Below, in pieces: positions 19,346 to 28,757 of a stretch of DNA of 64,000 nt (positions are counted from its first letter, which is position 1; every line of letters begins with the position of its first letter). The stretch comes from Eubacteriales bacterium (GTDB lineage Bacteria; Bacillota; Clostridia; Oscillospirales; JAAYXM01). The translations under genes were made by a program, and so were the position numbers. Location of the stretch: NCBI GenBank assembly GCA_045649105.1, contig JAZRPG010000017.1, positions 28,006 through 92,005 on the forward strand. The letters are read 5' to 3'. The notes below the pieces were generated by a model, which searched no databases, was not told where the DNA came from, and saw only the letters and a program-made list of their open reading frames with translations.

Positions 19346-20407
19346 TTATTCGCCCGTGTATATTCCGTACGGTATGCGCACCTTGGCAACGCCCTCATCA
19401 ACATTGTAGTCGCCCATATCGTCAAGGACGCCCTTTCCCGAGGTCGAGTTTCTTACAACCTGTGCGATGCCGCGCGCCATTCCGTCTGAATCCTGCTTTA
19501 TCGTGCCCGCCATTCTTCCTGCCTTTATATGCTCCTTCGCCGCCTCCGTCGCATCGACGCCGAATACGGGGATTGTCCTGCCGCTGCCGTTGTTATAGCC
19601 TGCCGTATTAAGCGCGGTTATTGCTCCCTCTGCCATTCCGTCATTGTTGCAGATTACAGCCTCGACCATGTTTTTCGACGCCTCGGTATACTCCGTCAGT
19701 ATAGTCGTCATATACTCATTCGATGCCGCAGCAGACCAGTTTCCGTTCATATCGGCAAGGTACCCGTCGCGGTTTCCGGCATTATAGAACACAAGCTCGG
19801 GCTTTCCTGCCTCCTTAAGCTTTGCATTAGCGTCCTCAACCGCATATTTCGTGCGGTATTCCGCCTCGGCATTGCCCTCCTGACCCTTGAACAGTACATA
19901 CGATATTTTACCGTCGCCGTTTAAATCCGTCGCGTCAAAGTTTTTCACCAGATAGTCGCCTATCATCTCGCCCTGCATATGCCCCGCCTCTGCAGCATCT
20001 GTGCCGACGAATGCACACTTGTCATAGCTTTTCACAACCTCGTCAGACACCTCGCGGTTAAAGAAAATAACGGGGATATCCGCGTTTTTTGCCTGCTCGA
20101 CTATTCCGCGCGCCGCATCGTCGGAGCCCGTCTCCACAATATTTACGACAAGCACGGTCGCGCCCTTTGTTATCGCCGTCTGCACCTGCTCTGCCTGAGT
20201 CGTCTGGCTCGAGTTTGAGTCGTAGTCCTGATACTCTACGCCGAGGGCGTCAAGCTCGCGGTCAAGCGCTGCGCGCACGGTTGAGATATAAGGGTCGCTG
20301 TAGGTGTAATAGAACACCGCCACGGAATGATTCTGCGTCTGCTCGCCGCAACCCGAAAGCCCGAGCGCAAGGCATGCCGCAATTATAAGAGCTGATATTT
20401 TTTTCAT
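19346..20407 (-). CDS. mglB: galactose/glucose-binding periplasmic-type lipoprotein
   Basis: MKKISALIIAACLALGLSGC lipobox and a CUT2 sugar-binding fold. The start was moved to ATG 20407, preceded by AAGGAG. Confidence 0.85.
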   Translation of the reverse strand: MKKISALIIAACLALGLSGCGEQTQNHSVAVFYYTYSDPYISTVRAALDRELDALGVEYQDYDSNSSQTTQAEQVQTAITKGATVLVVNIVETGSDDAARGIVEQAKNADIPVIFFNREVSDEVVKSYDKCAFVGTDAAEAGHMQGEMIGDYLVKNFDATDLNGDGKISYVLFKGQEGNAEAEYRTKYAVEDANAKLKEAGKPELVFYNAGNRDGYLADMNGNWSAAASNEYMTTILTEYTEASKNMVEAVICNNDGMAEGAITALNTAGYNNGSGRTIPVFGVDATEAAKEHIKAGRMAGTIKQDSDGMARGIAQVVRNSTSGKGVLDDMGDYNVDEGVAKVRIPYGIYTGE

Positions 20408-20530
20408 AATTTGCACTCCTTGAATTTTCATTTTATGTGACTGTTTCTAATTATACCCACAAAGTGTTTTTCAAATACTCTTCTTGCCCATTTTAAAAAA
20501 TAATTTTAAAATCCGCCATATCCCCCTTAA

Positions 20531-20584
20531 AAAACAAAAGCACCGTATAACTCTGAGTTGATTTTACTCAAAGTTATACGGTGC
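20531..20584 (-). terminator. rho-independent terminator of thrS
   Basis: 18-bp stem GCACCGTATAACTCTGAG/CTCAAAGTTATACGGTGC, then a T-rich run on the minus strand. Confidence 0.75.
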
Positions 20585-20605
20585 GTATTTGAAATGCGCT
20601 TTTAT

Positions 20606-22546
20606 TTATGCTTTTGCTTTTGTGTCTATCTGCTCGCGTATCAGCTTGATAAACTCATCAAGCGTCATTGCGCCGAGGTTTTCGCCGTTCTTGCGGGCGC
20701 GGACGGTAACGGTCTTCTCCTCCGCCTCCTTATCGCCGAGGACGAGCATAAACGGAGTTTTCTCCATCTGCGCCTCGCGGATTTTATATCCAATCTTCTC
20801 GCTGCGGCAGTCCGTCTCAACGCGGACGCCCGCCGCGCGCAGAGCCTTTTCAATCTCTGCTGCGTAGTCATGCTGCCTGTCGGTAATCGGGAGTATTTTT
20901 ACCTGCGTCGGCATAAGCCATGTCGGAAGCGCACCTGCGTATTTCTCAATAAGCAGTGCAAGCGTTCTCTCATAGCAGCCGATTGATGTGCGGTGAATGA
21001 CATACGGATGCTTCTTTTCCCCGTTTGCATCGACATACTCCATGCCGAACCTCTCTGCAAGCAGGAAGTCGACCTGGATTGTAATGAGCGTATCCTCCTT
21101 ACCGTGTACGTTCTTTATCTGTATGTCAAGCTTCGGCCCGTAGAATGCCGCCTCGCCCGCAGCCTCGACATAATCAATATTAAGACCGTCAAGGATATCG
21201 CGCATACGGTCCTGAACCTCGTTCCACTGCTCTGCCGTACCGATATATTTTTCGCGGTCATTCTCGTCCCACTTCGAGAAGCGGTATGATACATCCTCAT
21301 CAAGGCCGAGCGTCTCAAGCATAAAGCGGGCAAGGTCAAGACAGCCTGCAAACTCATCCTCAAGCTGCTCGGGAAGGCACGCGAGATGTCCCTCCGAGAT
21401 TGTGAACTGGCGGACACGGATAAGTCCGTGCATCTCGCCCGATGCCTCGTTCCTGAAGAGTGTCGATGTCTCTCCGAGGCGCATCGGAAGGTCGCGGTAG
21501 CTGCGTGGTTTATTGAGATATGCCATGAACTGGAACGGGCATGTCATCGGACGCAGTGCAAAAACCTCGCCCTCAGCATCGGGGTCGCCCATTATAAACA
21601 TTCCGTCCTGATAGTGGTCCCAATGTCCTGAGATTTTGTAAAGGTCGCGCTTTGCCATGAACGGAGTTTTTGTGAGCAGATAGCCCCTTTTCTCCTCCTC
21701 GTCCTCTACAAATCTCTGAAGAAGCTGTATAACGCGCGCGCCCTTCGGAAGCATTATCGGGAGCCCCTGACCGATTACATCGCTCGTTGTGAAGAAGGCG
21801 AGCTCGCGTCCGATTTTGTTATGGTCGCGGCGCTTTGCCTCCTCAACCGCCTCAAGATATTCCGTAAGCTCGCTTGATTTTGTAAACGCCGTGCCGTATA
21901 TTCTCTGGAGCATCTTATTGTTCGAGTCGCCTCTCCAGTACGCGCCCGTGCACGAGGTAAGCGCAAACGCCTTCACCTTTGAGGTGTTTAAAAGATGCGC
22001 GCCTGCGCACAGGTCGACAAACTCGCCCTGGCGGTAGAACGAAATCTCCTCGCCTTCAGGGAGCGCCTCAATAAGCTCAACCTTGTACGGCTGGTTTTTC
22101 TCGCGCATGAGCGCAAGCGCTTCATCGCGCGGGAGTGAAAAACGCTCTACGCGGAGCGATTCCTTGACTATCTTCTTCATCTCTGCCGAGATTTTTTCAA
22201 GCGCGTCGGCGCCGAAGGTCTCCTCAGAGTCAAAATCGTAATAGAAGCCCGTGTCCGTCGCGGGGCCTATCGCAAGCTTTACATTCGGGTACAGACGAAG
22301 CACCGCCTGTGCCAGAATGTGCGACGCGGTGTGGCGAAGCGTCCACTTGCCCTCAGGCGCGTCGAATGTCAGTATTTCGAGCGTATCCCCGTCCTTCAGT
22401 TCATACGAAAGGTCACGCGTCTTTCCGTTTACTGACGCGGCAAGCGCCGCATTAGCAAGCCCGGAGCTTATCTCGCGCGCCGCATCAAGGCAGTTTACGC
22501 CATCATTCAGCTCAAGCGCTGAGCCGTCCTTAAGAAAAATTTTCAT
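20606..22546 (-). CDS. thrS: threonine--tRNA ligase
   Basis: 646 aa with a TGS domain N-terminus (MKIFLKDGSALEL...), a second additional domain (HTASHILAQAV) and a class II core. Confidence 0.95.
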   Translation of the reverse strand: MKIFLKDGSALELNDGVNCLDAAREISSGLANAALAASVNGKTRDLSYELKDGDTLEILTFDAPEGKWTLRHTASHILAQAVLRLYPNVKLAIGPATDTGFYYDFDSEETFGADALEKISAEMKKIVKESLRVERFSLPRDEALALMREKNQPYKVELIEALPEGEEISFYRQGEFVDLCAGAHLLNTSKVKAFALTSCTGAYWRGDSNNKMLQRIYGTAFTKSSELTEYLEAVEEAKRRDHNKIGRELAFFTTSDVIGQGLPIMLPKGARVIQLLQRFVEDEEEKRGYLLTKTPFMAKRDLYKISGHWDHYQDGMFIMGDPDAEGEVFALRPMTCPFQFMAYLNKPRSYRDLPMRLGETSTLFRNEASGEMHGLIRVRQFTISEGHLACLPEQLEDEFAGCLDLARFMLETLGLDEDVSYRFSKWDENDREKYIGTAEQWNEVQDRMRDILDGLNIDYVEAAGEAAFYGPKLDIQIKNVHGKEDTLITIQVDFLLAERFGMEYVDANGEKKHPYVIHRTSIGCYERTLALLIEKYAGALPTWLMPTQVKILPITDRQHDYAAEIEKALRAAGVRVETDCRSEKIGYKIREAQMEKTPFMLVLGDKEAEEKTVTVRARKNGENLGAMTLDEFIKLIREQIDTKAKA

Positions 22547-22593
22547 TTTTTAAAACTCCTTTGTCATATTATATATCATTTCCGAAAATAATA

Positions 22594-22888
22594 AAAAAAC
22601 GCCGCACACCCCGTGAAAAAAATTCAGGGGTGCCGACGAACCGGCACGGTTCCACCCTGCTTGCACGCGCGTAAGAATTCCACGCACATGCCGCTCAACA
22701 TAAGCGGTTAACGCCCGCTGACGCCCGCACATACACACACGGCGCCCTTTGCGCCGGCTTCCGCACGGAAGCACGAAGACGGTCCCGCCGACCCGCATCC
22801 GCGCGGCGCGCTCTCAGCCTCGGCGCAGCCTCTCTTATCCGCTATGCATTTCGGGTGACGGATTCTCCGTATTGCTTTTTCATTATTA
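22594..22888 (-). promoter_or_regulatory. T-box leader (tRNA-sensing riboswitch) of thrS
   Basis: The minus strand contains the T-box sequence GCAGGGTGGAACCGTGCCGG (22660-22641). This is followed by a terminator stem GGCACCCC...GGGGTGTGC and TTTTTTT. Upstream are AGAGAG and GCTGAGAG Stem I-type motifs, and a candidate ACC codon occurs in GGGACCGUC. Confidence 0.75.
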
Positions 22889-22894
22889 TATGTA

Positions 22895-22923
22895 ATTATA
22901 GACCCGATTTTTAAAAAAGTCAA
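22895..22923 (-). promoter_or_regulatory. sigma-A promoter of thrS leader
   Basis: Minus strand TTGACT (22923-22918), 17 nt, TATAAT (22900-22895). Confidence 0.6.
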
Positions 22924-22993
22924 CACAGGCCTGCGAATAATATACGGAATTTGCGGAAATACTTGTGAATATAACTGAAAAGGAGAATTTAAT

Positions 22994-23512
22994 ATGAAAA
23001 AAGTTGTTTTAATCTCGCTTGCGCTCTTGCTCGTCTTTCTGATGTTCGGCAGCTGCGGGAACGCGGAGGACGGCAAAATCGAGAACAGCACTTCCGAAAA
23101 CAGCGGAACGGTTGAAAACAAAAACGACAACACAGGAAAAGACAGCATTATGAAATACGACGAAAACGGCATTTCTTTTGATGTGCCCGAGTCCTGGCGC
23201 GACAACTTCAAATCCGTTTCAAAAGATGTCGGCACAGGTGAGGACAAATATACAAAGACTGACTTTATCTACAACCTCGGCGAGCGCGATATCCTCGTGA
23301 TGTCCGTCGGCCGCTTTACAAAGCCGCAGTGGGAAAAGCTCAAGAAAAGCCAGCCCGATGCAGAGGGCGCAAAGCTCGGCGAGACAAAAGACCATGTCTA
23401 CAGCATTTTTTACGAAAACCACGACTATATTGAGGATAATGAGCTTCGCGATATCTTAAAGAAAGTCAGAGATGAGGCAACCTCGCTCCGCTCTACAATT
23501 AATATTAAATAA
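22994..23512 (+). CDS. hypothetical lipoprotein
   Basis: 172 aa, MKKVVLISLALLLVFLMFGSC lipobox, AAAGGAG SD. No recognisable domain. Confidence 0.6.
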   Translation: MKKVVLISLALLLVFLMFGSCGNAEDGKIENSTSENSGTVENKNDNTGKDSIMKYDENGISFDVPESWRDNFKSVSKDVGTGEDKYTKTDFIYNLGERDILVMSVGRFTKPQWEKLKKSQPDAEGAKLGETKDHVYSIFYENHDYIEDNELRDILKKVRDEATSLRSTINIK

Positions 23513-23521
23513 CGCATCAGC

Positions 23522-23541
23522 GCCGCGGAAGCTTCCGCGGC
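23522..23541. terminator. palindromic stem-loop between convergent genes
   Basis: GCCGCGGAAGCTTCCGCGGC. Confidence 0.5.
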
Positions 23542-23550
23542 TCTGATTTC

Positions 23551-24210
23551 TTATTCCTTATCCTTAAATTCCTCAAACGAGGTTATATATATATCGGAAA
23601 CGGACCGCAGCTCCGCCTGCATTTCTTCGGAGAACCTGTCGTACACGCCGACGACCTTGTACCCCGCGGCCTTTGCCGTTTCTGCCGCATGCAGCGAGTC
23701 CTCAAAAACGGCAGTCTGAGATGAAGATGTCCCAAGCGCCCTGCGCGCCGCATCGAAAACATCAGGCCGCGTCTTGGGAACGCCGACCTCACCGCATGTT
23801 GTTATCGAATCAAAAAAATGCAGGATTCCGCACCGTGAAAGAACGCTCTCGACATGGCACCTGTCTGTCGCCGTCGCCACGCCCATTCGCACGCCGCGAT
23901 GCGAAAGCTTCTCAAGATACTCTCTCACCCCGGGCTTCGGCTCCGTTATTTTATCATAAAGCAGGGAAACGCGCGCATTTATCTCAGCTTTCAGCTCCCC
24001 GACGGACTCCTTGAATCCGTACTTTTCCTTTACATAATACAGAAACTCGGTAGCTCCCATTCTGAGAAAAAGCTCATGAGCACACGGCTCGGTCGATATG
24101 CCGCGCGAGGCAAGATAATCCTCCCCCTGCGTGTACCACACATGCATAGAGTCAATAAGCGTTCCGTCCATATCAAATATTGCACCCGAAAATTCCACGG
24201 TCTTCACCAC
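23551..24210 (-). CDS. HAD-IA family hydrolase (beta-phosphoglucomutase-like)
   Basis: 219 aa with the AIFDMDGTLIDS motif I, the VATAT motif and FEDSLHAAETAKAAG. Confidence 0.8.
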   Translation of the reverse strand: MVKTVEFSGAIFDMDGTLIDSMHVWYTQGEDYLASRGISTEPCAHELFLRMGATEFLYYVKEKYGFKESVGELKAEINARVSLLYDKITEPKPGVREYLEKLSHRGVRMGVATATDRCHVESVLSRCGILHFFDSITTCGEVGVPKTRPDVFDAARRALGTSSSQTAVFEDSLHAAETAKAAGYKVVGVYDRFSEEMQAELRSVSDIYITSFEEFKDKE

Positions 24211-24371
24211 TCCTTTTTTAATGCATATATATTCTACATGTAATTTTTTAAAAAGTCCCCCGACTTTTCATTACAGTTTTGTTACAAAACTGTTTTCCCG
24301 AAAAAGCCCGTAAAATAGCCGTTTTTTCAAACAGCTTGCCCTTTCCAAATGTTAACAATACCAAAAAAGCC

Positions 24372-24400
24372 TTGACATTTACAAAAAAATAGGGTATTAT
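24372..24400 (+). promoter_or_regulatory. sigma-A promoter upstream of M23 peptidase gene
   Basis: TTGACA (24372-24377), 17 nt, TATTAT (24395-24400). Confidence 0.55.
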
Positions 24401-24464
24401 GTAATCACTCTGTAACCGATTTGTAACCACGAATCGGGATTAAAGAAAGAAAGCAGGTGATGCA

Positions 24465-26096
24465 GTGTCTCGTGAGTCACAGTCGCACGACGCGGCGGTA
24501 TACTCGGCAAGCCCGATAACCCGCCGGAATTTTACAGATAAACAAAAAAGGCTTAACAATGCCATTCTCGGCATTATCGCCATTATATATGAATTTGTGA
24601 TGTTCTGCGCGACAAAGGCGGTAAACGCCTCTGTCATCGTCGGGACTGCGCTTCATTCAAAGGTGCTTATCCCCGTTGCCGTTTACGGTGTCGCTATCAT
24701 AAGCCGCATTGCAACGCTGCTTGAGCAGTTCCGCTACCGGTCGCGCTGCATGTCGCACAGTATCACCGTCGGTATTACGCATTTCCGCAGAAGCAGATTT
24801 CTCCTCGCCGCCGTTCTTATGTCCCTGACCGCAGTTGTCATTGCGTCAACATTTTTGAGCGTCGGTATTAAAATATTTGTCGATGATGAGCCGATAGGCT
24901 ATATGTACAGCAGAAGCGATTTTGACGAGGCGGTGAGCTTTGTTGAGAAGCGCGCAAGCGAGATTCTTGAGCGCCCGTACAGCGTAACATCAAAAGTCCG
25001 CTTTGAGCTCGGAATCGTCCCGCGCGAATCAGTTCTTTCAAAAACTCAGCTGCAGTCCATTTTCTTCTCCGATATCGAAGATGTTTCAATGCTTTATGCC
25101 ATCACGGTTGACGGGCAGGTCGTCGGGGCAAGCAAAAACCGCGACACGCTTCAGGCTATGCTTGATGAGCTTCTCCATGTTAATGACCCGAAAATCAAGG
25201 CTCATTTCGCACAGGATGTCCAGATTACACAGCGCTATGTAGACGCGTCATATCTCCTTTCCTATGACGAAATCCGCGAAAAGCTCACATCTAAAATCCA
25301 TTCTTCAAGAACATATACCGTCAAATCCGGCGACACAATAAACTCGGCAGCAAAGGCAAACGGCCTTACGAGAGCCGCTCTTATTGAGCTTAACCCCTCA
25401 CTTCAGTCAGGGCGCCTGCGCGCAGGCCAGAAGCTTGTCGTTGCAAAGGAAGTCCCCTTCCTCTCTGTCGAGGCTGTCCGCCATGTTGAGTACACGGAAA
25501 CCATTCCGTTTGAGACAAAGAAGGTTGAGAGCAGCTCTCTTTACAAGGGAAGCACTCGCGTTTCCGTAAACGGCAAGGTCGGTATAAGAAAAGTCGTCGC
25601 CGATGTAACATATGTTGATAATAAAGAGGTTTCAAGAAATATTATAAGCAGCACAGTCACGCGCGAGCCTGTCACAAAGGTAATTGAGGTCGGCACAAAG
25701 CCGCGTCCGAAGACGGTCGCCACAGGCGTCATGCGCCGCCCGGTAAGCGGTGCCATTATCTCCTCGCGTTACGGTTACCGCCGCGGCTCTTTCCATTCAG
25801 GCGTTGACTTTGCCCTCGCGAAAGGAAATCCTGTCGTTGCGGCAGACGGAGGAACGGTCACATACGCCGGCTGGAAGCGCGGAGGCTGGGGCTATCTCGT
25901 AATAATAAACCACGGCAACGGCCGCGAAACATATTACGCGCACAACTCAAAGGTTACCGTAAGCGTCGGCCAGAAGGTCGCAAAGGGCGAGCAGATTGCA
26001 AAAGTCGGAAGCACCGGAAACAGCTCAGGTCCGCACGTCCACTTTGAGGTTCATGTAAACGGCAGACATGTAAACCCGTTCAACTATATTTCCTAA
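24465..26096 (+). CDS. membrane-anchored LysM / G5 / M23 peptidoglycan metalloendopeptidase
   Basis: 543 aa. LysM is YTVKSGDTINSAAKANGLTRAALIELNP. A G5-like segment is KGSTRVSVNGKVGIRKVVADVTYVDNKEV. The M23 motifs are HSGVDFA...GNSSGPHVHFEV. GTG start after AGGTGA. Confidence 0.8.
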   Translation: MSRESQSHDAAVYSASPITRRNFTDKQKRLNNAILGIIAIIYEFVMFCATKAVNASVIVGTALHSKVLIPVAVYGVAIISRIATLLEQFRYRSRCMSHSITVGITHFRRSRFLLAAVLMSLTAVVIASTFLSVGIKIFVDDEPIGYMYSRSDFDEAVSFVEKRASEILERPYSVTSKVRFELGIVPRESVLSKTQLQSIFFSDIEDVSMLYAITVDGQVVGASKNRDTLQAMLDELLHVNDPKIKAHFAQDVQITQRYVDASYLLSYDEIREKLTSKIHSSRTYTVKSGDTINSAAKANGLTRAALIELNPSLQSGRLRAGQKLVVAKEVPFLSVEAVRHVEYTETIPFETKKVESSSLYKGSTRVSVNGKVGIRKVVADVTYVDNKEVSRNIISSTVTREPVTKVIEVGTKPRPKTVATGVMRRPVSGAIISSRYGYRRGSFHSGVDFALAKGNPVVAADGGTVTYAGWKRGGWGYLVIINHGNGRETYYAHNSKVTVSVGQKVAKGEQIAKVGSTGNSSGPHVHFEVHVNGRHVNPFNYIS

Positions 26097-26118
26097 AAAT
26101 TTTACAGCGCTTACAAAC

Positions 26119-26152
26119 CCCTCCGGAACAATTTGTCCCGGAGGGATTTTTG
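26119..26152 (+). terminator. rho-independent terminator
   Basis: CCCTCCGG...CCGGAGGG followed by ATTTTT. Confidence 0.7.
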
Positions 26153-26219
26153 TGTTTTTCCGAACGCTGTATACTCTCCCTGATATCTGTCAATAATCAC
26201 TTTGGGAGGTGATAAAAGA

Positions 26220-26393
26220 ATGAGCCCGAAGGAACTTCTTTATATCGAGGACGCGCTCGGACATGCGACATTCCTTGAGAAGCAGTGCAGAGAAACTGCC
26301 GAAAAGCTTCAGGATACCAACCTTAAAAACTATGTCCTCGGCATCGCAACAAAGCACAAGCAGACCTTTGACGAGTTTTATAAGTTAGTTTAA
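26220..26393 (+). CDS. small helical protein co-transcribed with CotF-like gene
   Basis: ATG 26220 preceded by GGGAGGTGA; 57 aa, MSPKELLYIEDALGHATFLEKQCRETAEKL... Confidence 0.5.
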   Translation: MSPKELLYIEDALGHATFLEKQCRETAEKLQDTNLKNYVLGIATKHKQTFDEFYKLV

Positions 26394-26426
26394 CGGCGCT
26401 TCGCGCTATGGGAGGTGAATTTTAAA

Positions 26427-26678
26427 ATGGATGATAAGAACCTGATGGAAAACCTGCTTCTGACGACAAAGGGCGTTTGTGATTTGTATCTCCACGGCGC
26501 TATAGAATCAGGTACACCGAATGTACACAACGCATTTGACACGGCGCTTCGCGACTCACTCTGCATGCAGGACGAGATTTACAAAAAAATGTCTGAAAAG
26601 GGCTGGTACACAGCTGAACAGGCAGATGCGGCACAGCTTAATAAAGTCAGGCAGAAATTCAGCACAGCATCAAATTAA
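26427..26678 (+). CDS. spore coat protein F (CotF)-like protein
   Basis: MDDKNLMENLLLTTKGVCDLYLHGAIESGTPNVHNAFDTALRDSLCMQDEIYKKMSEKGWY matches the Coat_F pattern. ATG 26427 follows GGGAGGTGA. Confidence 0.7.
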   Translation: MDDKNLMENLLLTTKGVCDLYLHGAIESGTPNVHNAFDTALRDSLCMQDEIYKKMSEKGWYTAEQADAAQLNKVRQKFSTASN

Positions 26679-26728
26679 AATATCGGCGCAAATAGTTTCC
26701 TCAATTTCAATAAAACACTTTATAATCC

Positions 26729-26757
26729 AAAAAGACCGCCGTACGGCGGTCTTTTTT
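26729..26757 (+). terminator. rho-independent terminator
   Basis: GACCGCCGTACGGCGGTC followed by TTTTTT. Confidence 0.8.
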
Positions 26758-26879
26758 CTGCAATAAAGCTTTAATGTATCTGTTTTCGTCCTACTTTATG
26801 CTACTTTATACGAATATTAAATATAGTGTTACACAACATAGTATAATTAAGATAAATAAAATTTTTGAGGTTAAAAGCT

Positions 26880-27029
26880 ATGAGACCCCTGAAGCAGAAG
26901 ATAAGCATCTCTCTTGACGAGGACATTGTAAAAGAACTGAAGATTCTGTCTGAAAATTGCGACCGCTCTCTTTCGCAGTATATAAACCTTGTTTTAAAAA
27001 AGCACCTGCAAAACCTTGACAAAAACTGA
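26880..27029 (+). CDS. 49-aa ribbon-helix-helix (CopG/Arc-like) DNA-binding protein
   Basis: Hand translation gives MRPLKQKISISLDEDIVKELKILSENCDRSLSQYINLVLKKHLQNLDKN. This fits the beta-strand/helix/helix RHH pattern. A GAGG SD lies upstream and a terminator follows. It is too short for the ORF track. Confidence 0.6.
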   Translation: MRPLKQKISISLDEDIVKELKILSENCDRSLSQYINLVLKKHLQNLDKN

Positions 27030-27038
27030 CCTTAAAGC

Positions 27039-27078
27039 AAAATGCCCGCCGCAGAAACTCCTCCGCGGCGGCATTTTT
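27039..27078. terminator. bidirectional terminator between RHH gene and ABC ATPase gene
   Basis: AAAATGCCCGCCGC...GCGGCGGCATTTTT. Confidence 0.65.
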
Positions 27079-27131
27079 GTTTACATTCCGTATTATATAT
27101 TGCCAATTATACTGTCGGTTATGCCGTTTTC

Positions 27132-27869
27132 TTATAAAACCTTGCCGAGAAAGCTTTTAAGCCTGTCGCTCTTCGGGTTTTCAAACAAATCGTCCGGCGT
27201 GCTTTCCTCAACTATTTTTCCCTCGTCCATGAATATGACGCGCGTTCCGACCTCACGGGCAAACCCCATTTCATGGGTGACGACGACCATCGTCATTCCG
27301 CTCTTTGCAAGGTCACGCATAACATCAAGAACCTCGCCGACCATCTCGGGGTCAAGCGCACTCGTCGGCTCGTCAAACAGCATAACATCCGGCTGCATAC
27401 ACAAAGCACGCACAATCGCAATTCTCTGCTTCTGTCCGCCCGAGAGCTGTGCAGGATATGCGTCACGCCTGTCCGCAAGCCCGACGCGCTCAAGAAGGGT
27501 AAGCGCGCGCTTTTCCGCCTCATCCTTTGAGAGACCGAGAAGCTTCATCGGCGCAAGCGTAAGATTTTTCATTATCGTCATATGCGGGAAGAGATTAAAC
27601 TGCTGAAAAACCATGCCCATTTTCTGGCGGTGGATATTTATGTTCACGCGCGGGTCAGTAATATCAGTATCCTCAAAGAGAATAGAGCCGCCCGTCGGCA
27701 CCTCCAGAAGGTTAAGGCACCTTAAAAATGTTGACTTTCCGCTGCCCGACGGACCGATAACGACGACAACATCGCCCTTTGAAATCTCCGTGGACACGCC
27801 GTCAAGCGCATATATGTCCCCATAGTGCTTCTCAAGCCCGCTTACCTTAATCAACACATTATCTTTCAT
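27132..27869 (-). CDS. polar amino acid ABC transporter ATP-binding protein
   Basis: GlnQ-like with [17 protein letters not shown] and [11 protein letters not shown]. The start was moved to ATG 27869 ([11 protein letters not shown]), overlapping the permease stop. Confidence 0.85.
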   Translation of the reverse strand: MKDNVLIKVSGLEKHYGDIYALDGVSTEISKGDVVVVIGPSGSGKSTFLRCLNLLEVPTGGSILFEDTDITDPRVNINIHRQKMGMVFQQFNLFPHMTIMKNLTLAPMKLLGLSKDEAEKRALTLLERVGLADRRDAYPAQLSGGQKQRIAIVRALCMQPDVMLFDEPTSALDPEMVGEVLDVMRDLAKSGMTMVVVTHEMGFAREVGTRVIFMDEGKIVEESTPDDLFENPKSDRLKSFLGKVL

Positions 27870-28590
27870 TGCTGCGCAGCCTCCTTTCAAGCAGTGAGAC
27901 GCATTTTGTCAGCACCACAACAAGAACAAGATATATTATTGCGACGGCAATAAGCGGCAAAAACGCCTCATATGTCGTCGACTGGATAATAAGTCCGCCA
28001 CGCGTTAAGTCCTTTACGGTTATGTATCCCGCAACAGATGTCTCCTTGAGAAGAACTATAAACTCGTTTGCAAGCGCAGGAAGCACATTCTTGAACGCCT
28101 GCGGCATTATTATATGCCACATGGTCTGCGCAAAGTTAAATCCGAGGCTTCTGCCCGCTTCCGTCTGCCCCTCATCGATAGACATGATTCCGGAGCGTAT
28201 AATTTCGGCAACATATGCCCCTGAGTTGAGGCCGAAGCCTATTATAGCGGTCATAACCGGCATATCTATTGAGGCGAATATTACCATGTACAGTATAAGA
28301 AGCTGGACCATAACAGGCGTACCTCTGATAACCGTGAGGTACAGCTTGCAAACAGCGTTTGCAAGCTTAAACTTTCCTGTCTTGTCGTGCGTCGAACGGA
28401 TAATTGCAACGATAAATCCGAGAATTATACCGATAATCACAGAACACAGTGTTATAAACAGCGTGTTCCCAAGACCGTCGAGCAGAAATCTCCAGTTTTC
28501 ATCGTCTATAAAAACGCGCTCGAAATCATACGCAAAGTCCGAAAAAAACTTTGCAACGGAAGCGACCGCGCCCTGTATCCAATTGAGCAT
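27859..28590 (-). CDS. polar amino acid ABC transporter permease (HisM/GlnP type)
   Basis: Contains an EAA-like loop ([14 protein letters not shown]). The likely start is the Met at 28590 (MLNWIQGAV...). Confidence 0.8.
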   Translation of the reverse strand: MLNWIQGAVASVAKFFSDFAYDFERVFIDDENWRFLLDGLGNTLFITLCSVIIGIILGFIVAIIRSTHDKTGKFKLANAVCKLYLTVIRGTPVMVQLLILYMVIFASIDMPVMTAIIGFGLNSGAYVAEIIRSGIMSIDEGQTEAGRSLGFNFAQTMWHIIMPQAFKNVLPALANEFIVLLKETSVAGYITVKDLTRGGLIIQSTTYEAFLPLIAVAIIYLVLVVVLTKCVSLLERRLRSNER

Positions 28591-28757
28591 ATCCGAATAC
28601 CCCTTTACTTTTTTATATATGAAAAGCGTCTGCCGGCAAGACCTTGCCCGCTTCATATGCGTCAAGACCTTGCCGCCCGATACTTTTCCGTGGCTCTTTT
28701 AAAAAACAAGGGCGAAGAGCACGTGCCTTCGCCCTCGCAAACATCTTTTGCCGTTTC

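Noticed and set aside
22550-23247. Minus-strand ORFs 22550..22798 (82 aa) and 22708..23247 (179 aa)
   Set aside because: They overlap the thrS T-box leader and promoter and run antisense to the lipoprotein gene. Their composition is low-complexity and Arg/Cys/Ser-rich, typical of non-coding frames in GC-rich DNA.
26801-27022. 73-aa minus-strand ORF
   Set aside because: It is antisense to a much more convincing RHH gene that has an SD and terminator. Its peptide has no features of a real protein.
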